Source: a virus
Lineage: Duplodnaviria > Caudoviricetes
IMG/VR virus record: IMGVR_UViG_3300043464_000574
Coordinates: 1-56,467 of that record
Reading direction: 5' to 3' (one strand)
DNA length: 56,467 nucleotides
Part shown: positions 46,975 to 55,873 of the stretch, one piece after another
How the letters are laid out: the number at the start of each line of letters is the position of its first letter
Position numbering within the stretch: position 1 is the stretch's first letter
Made by a program: the position numbers and the translations under genes
Notes under the pieces: model-generated
What the model was told of the DNA's origin: nothing
The model's input: only the letters and a program-made list of their open reading frames with translations
Databases searched by the model: none

Positions 46975-49218
46975 TTATTTGCTCTCCAGTTGTGCGACAC
47001 GCGCAGTAAGTTCTTGAATAGCAGCGGTCAGCGTAGCGACCAAGAATGAGGTATCAACGCCTTGGTACCGTGGCTTGCCTTCAGCGTCCACAGCGTCCTT
47101 CTCGCCAACCACGCAATCAGGCACAACTTCCGCAAGTTCATGAGCGATGAAACCCTGACCGTCAGAGCCATCAGCGTTCCACTTGTATGTGCAAGGCTTG
47201 AGCAACGCCACCTTTGCCAACGCACCTGTAATCGGTGCAATGGTGTTTTTTAAGCGATAGTCAGATGAAGTTGTGTATGCAACTGTTGTCGTGCCGTTAT
47301 GCGTAATCTTGCCAGCCACGTTTCCTGCGCTATTTGAAAATAAAAGATAATCACCGTTTAAACTTGCATTTGAATCTATTAGCGCAATTCCTTGGTCGCC
47401 GGAACCACCGTTTCCGTCAAAAGAAACGCTTATTAGTCCTTCGTATACTTTTGCTGCTGTGTTGACACAAAAATCCCCCCCGCTCGTGATGCGGGCGCGT
47501 TCGGCGCTGTTAGTAGTAAAAAGTAATGGTTGAGATGCGCCTACCGCTGCCAACTCTGTAGCCGTTGAGCCAGCCGCAAAATAGCCGCGTGCCGTATCGC
47601 CAGATTTAATTGCAATAAGCGCACTGCTGCTGCCGTTGACTTCAAATAATCCGCGTCCTGCCACAGAGTAAGCAGCGGATGTTGTACCAAGAAGAAGGCT
47701 TACATCCGCTCCTCCGCTTAGCGTCATCGCCTGCGTCCACGAGATACCGGTGCCTGCGGTGCCGGAGGCTGCGTTGTACCAAATGTGGCTACCTGACGAG
47801 TGATCGTACCTAGTTGCCGCCGCAGTCACTCGATAAGTCCAGCCACCTAAGTATGACGTAGTGTAGGCGTTGGTTGCAAAGTAGGTCTGATCAACCCCTG
47901 CATAGGAAGAAACAGTCACAGAATCTGTTTGGAATCCTTTACCGTTTGAACCACTGGCCCCAACAATTGTCGTCGGCGTGACGCCCAGACCGAGGTTGCC
48001 GGAGGAGTCGAGCAACATCCTCAACGTATCACTGGTGCCAAATCCAAAATTCACCGCAGAAGTTGTACCAATGTTGACCGAGTAATTTCCGGCGTTCCCA
48101 CTGCCCCAAAAAGTTCCGGTAGAACTTGAGACGCCATACTGGAAAACGCCGCCAGTATTAGAAACAGTCGCAAGCGCGTAGCCAGTAGTCGCACCAGAGT
48201 TTTTGAAGAACACGGTGTTGTTGGTGCCACCGATGTCCAGTTTTGCACCCGGCGAACTCGTCCCGATGCCGAGGTTGCCTCCATCAGTCAGCGTCATCAA
48301 ATCCGTCGTGGTAGATGACGCGCGCTTGCTGAACGCAAAACTGTATCCACTGCCGTCCCCCATATAGATTCGATTGATGGGGGCTTCGTAACTGAACAGC
48401 ATTGGGCCCTGAGCAACGGGCAGCGTTGCCGAGGACGTTACGTTAATTCCACCCTGAACAGTCAGTTTCTGCCCCGGCGAACTCGTCCCGATGCCGACGT
48501 TAGTTCCATCAAATACAAACGCACTCCCCGACGTCGCCACCTTTGACCCGTTCAAGTACAACACGCCGTTGGCGGTGCCGCCGGAGAGGGTCAGGTTGCT
48601 GCTGACGGTAGCCGAAGCAACAGAGACATTGGTAATGCTAAGGCTGCTGATCGTGAGGCTGGTCAGAGCCAGATTGGTAATACTGGCAGATGCAGCACGA
48701 AGCACAGTTGCAGAGAGATCCGAAACAGTTGCCGTGGTGGCGATCAGGTTAGTGATGGTCGCGCTGGTCGCAACCAGATTCGTCACAGTGAAACTGTTGG
48801 TTCCGAAGTCCTGAATGTAGTTGACGCCGTTGACGATATCCGTGCCGTTGGAGACAAGGATCATCTTCTTGCCAGTCGGGACAGAAACGCCGGTCTGACC
48901 AGATACCTTCACCGTCACCGCGCCAGATGCGTTGTTGAAGATGAAGTAAAGTTTCTTGTTGGCCGGAACAATCAGGTTGGTGTTTGTGCCACCCGTGCCG
49001 GTCAGTTCGATGTACATGTTGCGGGCGACACCCGTCGATCCGTTCGGGATCGTGATGGTTGTGTCCGTACCAGTCGAAACTGCCTGAGTGACGTACCCTG
49101 AGATCGCCTGCTCTAGCAACGTGCCAAGGTTGGTATTGGTCGTAACGCCCCAAGTACCGGCTTGGTCGCCCGTGCCGATCAGTTCCAGTGCGAGGTTAGT
49201 GCTGTAAGTACTAGCCAT
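46975..49218 (-). CDS. Tail fibre with a C-terminal intramolecular chaperone (peptidase S74)
   Basis: 747 aa; WG.TTNTNL anchor, GN[VL]GIGTSSP repeats, TSSDYRLK, GFIAHEL..VVP, L..AIQEL. Confidence 0.9.
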   Translation of the reverse strand: MASTYSTNLALELIGTGDQAGTWGVTTNTNLGTLLEQAISGYVTQAVSTGTDTTITIPNGSTGVARNMYIELTGTGGTNTNLIVPANKKLYFIFNNASGAVTVKVSGQTGVSVPTGKKMILVSNGTDIVNGVNYIQDFGTNSFTVTNLVATSATITNLIATTATVSDLSATVLRAASASITNLALTSLTISSLSITNVSVASATVSSNLTLSGGTANGVLYLNGSKVATSGSAFVFDGTNVGIGTSSPGQKLTVQGGINVTSSATLPVAQGPMLFSYEAPINRIYMGDGSGYSFAFSKRASSTTTDLMTLTDGGNLGIGTSSPGAKLDIGGTNNTVFFKNSGATTGYALATVSNTGGVFQYGVSSSTGTFWGSGNAGNYSVNIGTTSAVNFGFGTSDTLRMLLDSSGNLGLGVTPTTIVGASGSNGKGFQTDSVTVSSYAGVDQTYFATNAYTTSYLGGWTYRVTAAATRYDHSSGSHIWYNAASGTAGTGISWTQAMTLSGGADVSLLLGTTSAAYSVAGRGLFEVNGSSSALIAIKSGDTARGYFAAGSTATELAAVGASQPLLFTTNSAERARITSGGDFCVNTAAKVYEGLISVSFDGNGGSGDQGIALIDSNASLNGDYLLFSNSAGNVAGKITHNGTTTVAYTTSSDYRLKNTIAPITGALAKVALLKPCTYKWNADGSDGQGFIAHELAEVVPDCVVGEKDAVDAEGKPRYQGVDTSFLVATLTAAIQELTARVAQLESK

Positions 49219-49228
49219 GTTTAAACTC

Positions 49229-50023
49229 CTAATTCACCGTAGGGATGTTGGCCCAAGTCGTGGTTTGCGAGTCATCGACATCAGACCATCCCGGTGTCTG
49301 ATCATCGTTTAAATTCTGCCAGTTAGCCGACTGATTGTCATCGACGGGATTCCACAAGTATGCCCCGGCCATCACATCTGAAGCCGTGGCGGATTCGGCA
49401 ACCTCGACATCGAAGGTCACACCCCCGGCCACGTCCGAATCAGCCGCAGTGACGATCTCATTGATCATCACCTTGAAGTTCATCTGAGCCGCTGCTGTCT
49501 CCGCCGCAGAGACGATCTCAGCCACTTTCGCTCCGAAGGCGGCTACCGATGAGGGGGTATCTGTTATGGTCGCAGACTCATCCACACTCACCAAGAACGA
49601 GAAGACGGAATACACATCGTCTTGTGCGGTTGCCGTCTCTTGGATCTGGGAGTCAAACTCCTGTCCTGCTTTGGGTGCGCTATCGACGTAAACAGCCGAT
49701 TCGTTCACTACGACCTTGAAGTCGTTACTGGCCGAGTTGGCATCTGAGTAGGTCGCCGCTTCGCTGACCTTGGTGGCAAAGTTGACGTTCGACAGAACCG
49801 AATCGGTTCCGGTCGCAGAGTCTGCAACTGCTGCGCCGAGGCTATAAACTGAAGACACCGTATCTTGGGCGACAACGGACTCTGAGACGGGCGCATTGAA
49901 CTGCGTACCCGCCCCTGTGTTGGCATCATTGATGGTCGAAGTTTCGTCTGAGGCGCGGTAGTAAACCGACATCCCCCATCCTGCTTGACCCCATGTGCCT
50001 GATCCGAAGCCGCCCTCTGACAC
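49229..50023 (-). CDS. Virion protein with acidic beta-repeats
   Basis: 264 aa; repeated V.E.A...D units, W..[VL]DD.Q...W C-terminus. Confidence 0.7.
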   Translation of the reverse strand: MSEGGFGSGTWGQAGWGMSVYYRASDETSTINDANTGAGTQFNAPVSESVVAQDTVSSVYSLGAAVADSATGTDSVLSNVNFATKVSEAATYSDANSASNDFKVVVNESAVYVDSAPKAGQEFDSQIQETATAQDDVYSVFSFLVSVDESATITDTPSSVAAFGAKVAEIVSAAETAAAQMNFKVMINEIVTAADSDVAGGVTFDVEVAESATASDVMAGAYLWNPVDDNQSANWQNLNDDQTPGWSDVDDSQTTTWANIPTVN

Positions 50024-50026
50024 TGT

Positions 50027-50209
50027 TTAAACTACAAGTTTCAGTTCCGTCTCCGCGAACCAACGCTGCTGGCTCTGGCCTTCGGCATCTACCCAAGGGA
50101 TGAGATACCAAACCATGCCTTCATCGTCCATGCGGATCGACTGGACCTTGCCCTGCGGAACTACGACCTTCAGTTCAACGAGGTCGCCTTTCTTGAAAAG
50201 ACTTGCCAT
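50027..50209 (-). CDS. Small conserved protein (YodC-like pattern)
   Basis: FKKGDLVELK...W.D..G..Q.RWF.E.EL; AGGAG RBS. Confidence 0.65.
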   Translation of the reverse strand: MASLFKKGDLVELKVVVPQGKVQSIRMDDEGMVWYLIPWVDAEGQSQQRWFAETELKLVV

Positions 50210-50221
50210 ATCTATCTCCTA

Positions 50222-50803
50222 TCAGGCCGCGTCGAGGCTAAAGGTGTAGGTCACAGACAGAACGTCGCCGTTCTGCACCACGCGATCACCGGGGGCCGCG
50301 AAGTCGGACGCAGAGAAAAGGACGCCAGAAGAACCGCCCGGAGTGTCGCCGCTTGTCAGGAACGCGCCACCGACGTTAGCCGACGCATTGATCAGGAACT
50401 GCGCCGGGGCGGCAGAGTTAGCAATGACCGAAGGATCAGCCGTGGTTGCTGCACCGAAGGTCGCAGCAGGGCGGGTCGCGTTGCCGTACGCCGTCACTTC
50501 CGTCCAACCGGCATGGGATGCCATCGTGTCCGTCGAAGACGGATTGTTGCTGGAAGCCGGGCCGTAGACGCCGATATACCACGCCGCCGTATAACCTGAA
50601 CCCTTGAAGAAGGTGGTGTTGACGTAAGCCAGACCCACATTCACCACGAGGTTATGGGACTTCTGTTCCCACTTGAGGTTGCCGTTTTTGTCGTGGCAAC
50701 GCACGGTGAAAATACCGCCGCCCTTGAGACCGTCACGGGTGCCATTGCCTTTCAGGACATTTGCACCAACGGCATCAACAGACTTTGCCTTATTGATGAG
50801 CAT
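50222..50803 (-). CDS. Virion structural protein
   Basis: 193 aa; NLVVNVG, WY.G, DTMASHAGWTEV, GDVLSVTY. Confidence 0.7.
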   Translation of the reverse strand: MLINKAKSVDAVGANVLKGNGTRDGLKGGGIFTVRCHDKNGNLKWEQKSHNLVVNVGLAYVNTTFFKGSGYTAAWYIGVYGPASSNNPSSTDTMASHAGWTEVTAYGNATRPAATFGAATTADPSVIANSAAPAQFLINASANVGGAFLTSGDTPGGSSGVLFSASDFAAPGDRVVQNGDVLSVTYTFSLDAA

Positions 50804-50814
50804 CGTTGATTCTC

Positions 50815-51228
50815 CTAAGTAAACCGTAGTAACGCTGAGTTATAAGTGTTTGCAGGCATCTGCACCGTGAATGAGTTCGTGGCAACCTTGTCGTTGCCAA
50901 AACTCAGAACTGCGATGGACTTATTGGACTTACTGACGTTGTAAATCAACCCGCCAGCCGCCGTGAAACTGGCAGGGTTCCAAACTGCATTGTTGAAGTT
51001 GACGTAGACCACGTCGTTTAACTTGTTGATCGATACCCCAGTCAGAACGACACCGCCTGCGGAATACCCTGTGCCAGATACTTCGCCTGTCGCCGTGTAA
51101 ACCGTGGTGTCTTCGCTAAGATCGGCAGTGCTGTAGTACAAAGCCAACTTGAGCGTATCCGTCAGGAGATTGTGTTCTCCTTTGAGGATCTGCTCTTTGA
51201 AACTCAGGGTAATGGTCTGGTAGATCAT
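50815..51228 (-). CDS. Virion structural protein
   Basis: 137 aa; SFK..L.G.H, KLALY, EVSGTGYSAGG, LIYN. Confidence 0.7.
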   Translation of the reverse strand: MIYQTITLSFKEQILKGEHNLLTDTLKLALYYSTADLSEDTTVYTATGEVSGTGYSAGGVVLTGVSINKLNDVVYVNFNNAVWNPASFTAAGGLIYNVSKSNKSIAVLSFGNDKVATNSFTVQMPANTYNSALLRFT

Positions 51229-51863
51229 GTGACCGGAATCCTATTGAGTCCGCTCCGGTACGCATCCCGACGATCCTTGCCTTCGCCAAGGAGTTTCAGC
51301 AGGCCGAGCGATTCCTGATACTTCTGCTCGTAGTACTGCATCATGTCCTGCTCGCCCTTCATGTAGATGTAGGCTTCGCGCAGGGTTCCGTACAGAAGCA
51401 CGGTCTCGAAATTATCGCCCAGCCAAGACGTACTCGCCGTAACAATGGACTGCGGGTAGTAGTAGTAATGCAGTTCGACCTGATAGTTGCTATCCGGGGT
51501 CGGACCCAGAATGAACGTGTTCTTGTCGAAGATGGCGTAGTACTTGGGGATGCCGATATCGTCCGGGTCCGGATAGCACTCACGAATGAAGTTCACATCC
51601 TTATCCAGCAAGAACGTCTGAGCATTGGTTACTGGGTCGATCACCGACAGCGAGAAGTTCGCCAGCCAGTCCGCCGGAACCGTCAGGTATTTGTTGCTTG
51701 GGGTCAATGTTCCAATCTGGTTCTTTCGGATCGCAGGAATAAAGACCGCGTTGTAGATCCGCTCTTCGGCCAACTGGACGAAATTGGGGATGTTCGCAAC
51801 GAACGAAGTCTCCTCGTTCTGCGTGTACTGTTTAACCAGATCAACCAGTTGGGTGTAGTTCAT
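51225..51863 (-). CDS. Head-tail adaptor (tubular A-like)
   Basis: MNY..L...V..YT, F..LAEERI, G.PKYYA, LGPTPD..Y.VELHY, LLYG.L.EA..YMKG. Confidence 0.75.
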   Translation of the reverse strand: MNYTQLVDLVKQYTQNEETSFVANIPNFVQLAEERIYNAVFIPAIRKNQIGTLTPSNKYLTVPADWLANFSLSVIDPVTNAQTFLLDKDVNFIRECYPDPDDIGIPKYYAIFDKNTFILGPTPDSNYQVELHYYYYPQSIVTASTSWLGDNFETVLLYGTLREAYIYMKGEQDMMQYYEQKYQESLGLLKLLGEGKDRRDAYRSGLNRIPVT

Positions 51864-52237
51864 GTCGTTACCACCGTCACGGTTCCGACTAAGCCGGTGG
51901 ATATCAGGTAATTAGGGGTCAGGCCGGTATCATATCCTTCAGCGCCACCCACTGGGTTCCATCCATATTGGAACATTCGACTACCTCCTGCGCCTTGGTT
52001 ACCCGGCGCGTAGAAGGTGTTATCAGGACGAGCGTTGCGAAGGGCTTGCGGGTCATCCATCGGGACACGACCTAACTGCAACTGCGGATGATCCACATCC
52101 ATACATTCAAAGCAGACACGAATGCCAATGGGGAGCAGGTTTTCATACTGCTCGTTTAAATCATGCAGATCGTACCGCTGACCACATCGGTCGCAGAATC
52201 CGAATGCATGTTTACCACTGGAAAACGGTTTTCCCAT
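51860..52237 (-). CDS. Zinc-binding head-tail module protein
   Basis: CDRCG...VC.EC.D.DHPQL, DPQALR.ARPD. Confidence 0.7.
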   Translation of the reverse strand: MGKPFSSGKHAFGFCDRCGQRYDLHDLNEQYENLLPIGIRVCFECMDVDHPQLQLGRVPMDDPQALRNARPDNTFYAPGNQGAGGSRMFQYGWNPVGGAEGYDTGLTPNYLISTGLVGTVTVVTT

Positions 52238-52941
52238 TAGACATTCCTGCCAATGTACCCATTCATGGGAACGAATCGGACAGAGGCTTTTTCACGATCC
52301 TCGCCCGCCGCAAGATCCCACTGGAGTTCGTATTCCTGCTTGAGCATCCCCAAGCGGTCTGCGGCTTCCGGGCGCTTCATGGCGACGTAGTACGCAAGCC
52401 CTGCCACGAGACAGGGAAGGAACCGGGCGGGAACATCGATGTTGTTCGCGCCGCCTGTACCGACATCCTGAATACGACGCATCTTCCAGTAGATAAGCGT
52501 GTAGGTCTGGGTGTTGTCAGGGACGGGCCAGAGGTACACCACCGGGGCGGCTCTTTGCCGATCCACATAGATCTGCAAAGGCATCCCTTGGGTGAGTTTG
52601 TTGCTCAACTGGGCGTAGTCCGACACCGAGATGCGAGAGAGGGTGTAGTCGGTTTGGCCGGACGTGCTACCCGCATCGGTACGCAACTGGTGTTCCAGAA
52701 GGTCGATGGTGTCCGCTGGCATGGTGTAGGTGTAGGTTCCGGGAGTCAGTACCTGAGAACCCTGTTCTACCGTCCAGAGGTTGATACCCCGGTTCTGCCA
52801 TTCCAGCGCCATGAAGTTCATGGACCGACGGGCAGTCTGGAGATCATAGCCGGTACGCAACTCCATACCCGCCCGCTCGAAAGCCTCCTCAACGAGGTCT
52901 CGAAACTCCGGGTTAAAGACTGCTGTACCGCTCGTAGCCAT
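52237..52941 (-). CDS. Head-tail adaptor (P22 gp4-like)
   Basis: EEAFERAG, ARRSMN...EW.NRGINLW, WPVPD, RF.P.LVAGLAYY. Confidence 0.75.
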   Translation of the reverse strand: MATSGTAVFNPEFRDLVEEAFERAGMELRTGYDLQTARRSMNFMALEWQNRGINLWTVEQGSQVLTPGTYTYTMPADTIDLLEHQLRTDAGSTSGQTDYTLSRISVSDYAQLSNKLTQGMPLQIYVDRQRAAPVVYLWPVPDNTQTYTLIYWKMRRIQDVGTGGANNIDVPARFLPCLVAGLAYYVAMKRPEAADRLGMLKQEYELQWDLAAGEDREKASVRFVPMNGYIGRNV

Positions 52942-53267
52942 TAGACCATCCGACCTTTGGTCTTACCCTTGATCGCGCAGCCATCACGACTGCCACGTCC
53001 GGTGGAACCACCTTCTGCGTAGGTCATGCCGCCGCCCATCATCTTGCCCTTGCCATCAGCGGCAAAGAACGGGACTTTCTCTCCGCCCTTATCAACCATC
53101 TTCAGGCTACCGCCCTGTGCGTACATCGCACCGCCTTTCTTGTAGCGAGTCATACCGCCTCCCATCATTTCTTCACTGTCATCTTCCATGCGGTCTTCCA
53201 TGTCTTTACCGCGACCTTTCTTGCCCACGCCAATGGCAATGATCATCATCGGCTTTCCGTTTTTCAT
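52941..53267 (-). CDS. Small Met/Gly/Lys-rich protein with repeated xxGG motifs
   Basis: 108 aa; MMGGG, YKKGG, YAQGG, YAEGG; ends DGCAIKGKTKGRMV. Confidence 0.7.
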   Translation of the reverse strand: MKNGKPMMIIAIGVGKKGRGKDMEDRMEDDSEEMMGGGMTRYKKGGAMYAQGGSLKMVDKGGEKVPFFAADGKGKMMGGGMTYAEGGSTGRGSRDGCAIKGKTKGRMV

Positions 53268-53503
53268 CCTCGTGTCCTCCCGCGAACTGCACAGCCATCA
53301 ATGCTTCCGCCCATTGCCATCTTCTTTGGCTTGCTCATGCCAGCCTCAGACAAGGCAATAGCGATAGCCTGCTTGCGGCTTTTCACCATTGGTCCTTTCT
53401 TGCTACCCGAATGCAGGGTTCCTTCTTTGAACTCCCGCATCACCTTGCGAACCTTGCCCGGCTTCTCAATCTGCTGGGCCATGTTGGCGCGTGACATTGC
53501 CAT
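53264..53503 (-). CDS. Small basic protein (DUF6496-like)
   Basis: KVMREFK.G.LHSG...VKSRKQAIAIALSEAG; ends DGCAVRGRTRG. Confidence 0.75.
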   Translation of the reverse strand: MAMSRANMAQQIEKPGKVRKVMREFKEGTLHSGSKKGPMVKSRKQAIAIALSEAGMSKPKKMAMGGSIDGCAVRGRTRG

Positions 53504-53504
53504 C

Positions 53505-53750
53505 TCATTTGCCTCTCTGTCTAAACGGCCTTACTTTTTGGGAGATGCCTTTTGGCTGCGCGACGAATTGCTTGCCTTGGGCTTTACCTTTACGTTTGGC
53601 TGCGGTGGTACGGGCATATTCCGAAGACGAGAGAGCCTTGATCGCAGCCTCTGGAAGATATCGCTCGCCCGTTTTACTAGATGGCTTACCACTTTTGGTT
53701 CTCCACTTCTGTTCCGTCCAAGCCTTCAGTGACTGCTGAGGGGCCTTCAT
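53505..53750 (-). CDS. Small basic protein
   Basis: Q.SLK.WT.QKWRTKSGK, GERYLP..A, QFV.QPK. Confidence 0.75.
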   Translation of the reverse strand: MKAPQQSLKAWTEQKWRTKSGKPSSKTGERYLPEAAIKALSSSEYARTTAAKRKGKAQGKQFVAQPKGISQKVRPFRQRGK

Positions 53751-53751
53751 A

Positions 53752-54096
53752 TCAACGCTTTTTGGCCTTGAGCATTCCGCCCTTTTTCACCATTGCCATG
53801 TTGCTCATGCGACCCGCAGGAGCAGCCATCGGAGGAGGCGGGGGAGACATCGGACGAGTCGGGGGAGCATTACGGGCAGCGCGGGCAGCGTCGAGACGCC
53901 CACGAGCAGCGTTCACAGCAGCCTGCTGAGGGGAACCCGGAGCGCGAGTCTTATCGGACATCGCCCGGCTCATAGCCAAAGCGCGAGCGCGAGACTCAGG
54001 GTCAGTTCGCTGACTCAGCGGAACATACGGGGCTTTACCGCCAGCCTGCATCTTCTTAACACCAGCCTTCTGATTCGACAAAGTACGACCTTTCAT
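53752..54096 (-). CDS. Basic Ala/Pro-rich protein with xxGG motifs
   Basis: 114 aa; KKMQAGG and VKKGG; GAGG RBS. Confidence 0.65.
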   Translation of the reverse strand: MKGRTLSNQKAGVKKMQAGGKAPYVPLSQRTDPESRARALAMSRAMSDKTRAPGSPQQAAVNAARGRLDAARAARNAPPTRPMSPPPPPMAAPAGRMSNMAMVKKGGMLKAKKR

Positions 54097-54105
54097 AAGA
54101 ACCTC

Positions 54106-54543
54106 TTAGGTAATAGGCCCACCAACGAGCCATGCATCGCAGGTACGATTACCCGCACATTTGAAATGGAAGAGTTCGCAGTACCCGAGATTGCTGGCTT
54201 TGATGACATCCATGGAACTATCCATGTGAGGCTCATCACCCGCCTCCATGCCTTTCGCAATGCATTCAAGCATCTTCGGGGTCTTGATAAATGCCGCGCA
54301 GTTTCCACACCGTGCGGTCTTTGCTTCCTCTGGGGAGATCATCCAGAGTTTTGCCTTCTTGGACCAGAACTTCTCTGAAGGTTCGTTCGGGTTCAGTGGG
54401 CCATAACCATAGTCTTCGATGGCATGGTTACGATTCTTCAGATTGACATGGATGTCCAAGGTCGCGACAGGGCAAGCCTTGCCGTCCTTATAGGATCGCT
54501 TGATGGCTGCGCCTATCGCATCCTTTTTGATCCGCATTGCCAT
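54106..54543 (-). CDS. Cys-rich conserved phage protein
   Basis: CPVAT.D..NL.NR, YGP.NP, RCGNCAAF, GYC..F.FKCA..RTCDAW; probable start at MAMRIK. Confidence 0.7.
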   Translation of the reverse strand: MAMRIKKDAIGAAIKRSYKDGKACPVATLDIHVNLKNRNHAIEDYGYGPLNPNEPSEKFWSKKAKLWMISPEEAKTARCGNCAAFIKTPKMLECIAKGMEAGDEPHMDSSMDVIKASNLGYCELFHFKCAGNRTCDAWLVGGPIT

Positions 54544-54544
54544 A

Positions 54545-54730
54545 TCAATCTCTGTAGCCGCCTCCGGCTTCACGGTACTTTTTAGCCAGCAACTGAGCCT
54601 TACGGGCAGACCACTGGCCTGCTTTGGTTCCGTGTGTCGAGGCGGCTTTGATCTGGTTAAACAGGCGCTTCCGCATTTCGGGCTTGGTGTAGTTGCCCGC
54701 CGCGTTGACCTTGCTCTTTGCCTTAGCCAT
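54545..54730 (-). CDS. Small basic protein
   Basis: NYTKP.MRK, GQWSARKAQLLA..Y...GGGY. Confidence 0.75.
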   Translation of the reverse strand: MAKAKSKVNAAGNYTKPEMRKRLFNQIKAASTHGTKAGQWSARKAQLLAKKYREAGGGYRD

Positions 54731-54731
54731 G

Positions 54732-54986
54732 TCAGCAGTTCCACGCACGAAGAGACTTATTGATCCGACTGTTCGGATCATTCGCCGTCTTCTTGCTAGT
54801 GAGTTTCTTTTTCATGCCCTTCATTCGGGCGCAGAAAGAATCTCGACGTGGACCGCCTTCGGGTTGCGGGCGCTTCAGCCCCGGCTTGCCGGGATTGGCA
54901 CGGTTATAAGCAGCCCTGCCTTTGGCATTTAAACCGCCAGCAGGGTCTTTACCTTCTTTCCTTTGCCATGCCGGGGTCTTTGGCAT
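54732..54986 (-). CDS. Small basic protein
   Basis: GGLNAKGRA.YN, RR.SFCARM, SRINKSLRAWNC. Confidence 0.75.
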   Translation of the reverse strand: MPKTPAWQRKEGKDPAGGLNAKGRAAYNRANPGKPGLKRPQPEGGPRRDSFCARMKGMKKKLTSKKTANDPNSRINKSLRAWNC

Positions 54987-54989
54987 AGA

Positions 54990-55586
54990 TCACCCGCAAA
55001 TAACAGTGACTTTCGACACCTGATCCAAGGTCAGCACGGCGATATCACCACGTCCAGAATTGCTCTTGGTCGTGAGAATACCTTCCGGCGGAACCATGGC
55101 ATCGTTAGCCGTTGCATCGGCAGGGGTGAAGAGTTTGAGAATCACCGTGTTGTTCGGCTGCGCGGTGAAAGTGATGCTGCCTGCCGTTCCAGCGGCAACA
55201 TAAAGCACCTGCTTGATCCGCGTTCTGGGAAACGCCAGATCTCCACCGTAGCCAATCTTGACACCGCCAGTCGAAGCCGCGCTGACGCTGATGCTGTTGA
55301 TGCTAGTGTAGTAGTTGGTCGAATAGACCACCGACGCACTTGGACCCGTCACCGTTTCGGTCACGATCCCATCGTAGCCTTCAGCGCCAACTTTGACCCC
55401 AGTGATGGTGAAGGTCTTATTGGCATCCGCACCGTTAGAGGTGATCGAAACCTTATAGCCGGTACCGTACTGACCGACATTGGTCTTCAGGAGAGCAATG
55501 CTTCCTGAGGCTGCAATCGTCGCAGAGGCGCGGAAATAAGCATCGTCGCTGGTCGGATTTACCGCCCAGACATCGTACTGTGCCAT
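54990..55586 (-). CDS. Virion structural protein
   Basis: 198 aa, Thr/Ser/Gly-rich beta protein; GGAGG RBS. Confidence 0.7.
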   Translation of the reverse strand: MAQYDVWAVNPTSDDAYFRASATIAASGSIALLKTNVGQYGTGYKVSITSNGADANKTFTITGVKVGAEGYDGIVTETVTGPSASVVYSTNYYTSINSISVSAASTGGVKIGYGGDLAFPRTRIKQVLYVAAGTAGSITFTAQPNNTVILKLFTPADATANDAMVPPEGILTTKSNSGRGDIAVLTLDQVSKVTVICG

Positions 55587-55607
55587 AGAGAATCCTCCGC
55601 TTTAAAA

Positions 55608-55862
55608 TTAAACGGTGACGCTCTTGTACAAGGCGATGTAAGCGGTGGTCGCGCCAACGAGAACCTGAATGTAGCCCGTCTGAGCGGACACCAAACCAGA
55701 AGCCGCATTCACTGCTACGGCAAACTTGGTGCTGCCAACCGTAAGGCTGGTGCAAAGCAGGTTGGTAACCGTACCCGAAGCGGCCTTGATGACCGTCGCG
55801 GACACATCACCGATGAAGCCATTGTCCGACTCAACCGGACCAGAGAAAGTAGTCTTAGCCAT
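55608..55862 (-). CDS. Putative head fibre/decoration protein
   Basis: MAKTTFSGPV.S..GF N-terminus, typical of the gene after the major capsid gene; GAGGTTTAAACATG start. Confidence 0.7.
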   Translation of the reverse strand: MAKTTFSGPVESDNGFIGDVSATVIKAASGTVTNLLCTSLTVGSTKFAVAVNAASGLVSAQTGYIQVLVGATTAYIALYKSVTV

Positions 55863-55873
55863 GTTTAAACCTC

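Noticed and set aside
46975-49218. Diversity-generating retroelement or invertase switching at the tail fibre
   Set aside because: No reverse transcriptase, no template/variable repeat pair with adenine-specific differences, and no invertase were seen.
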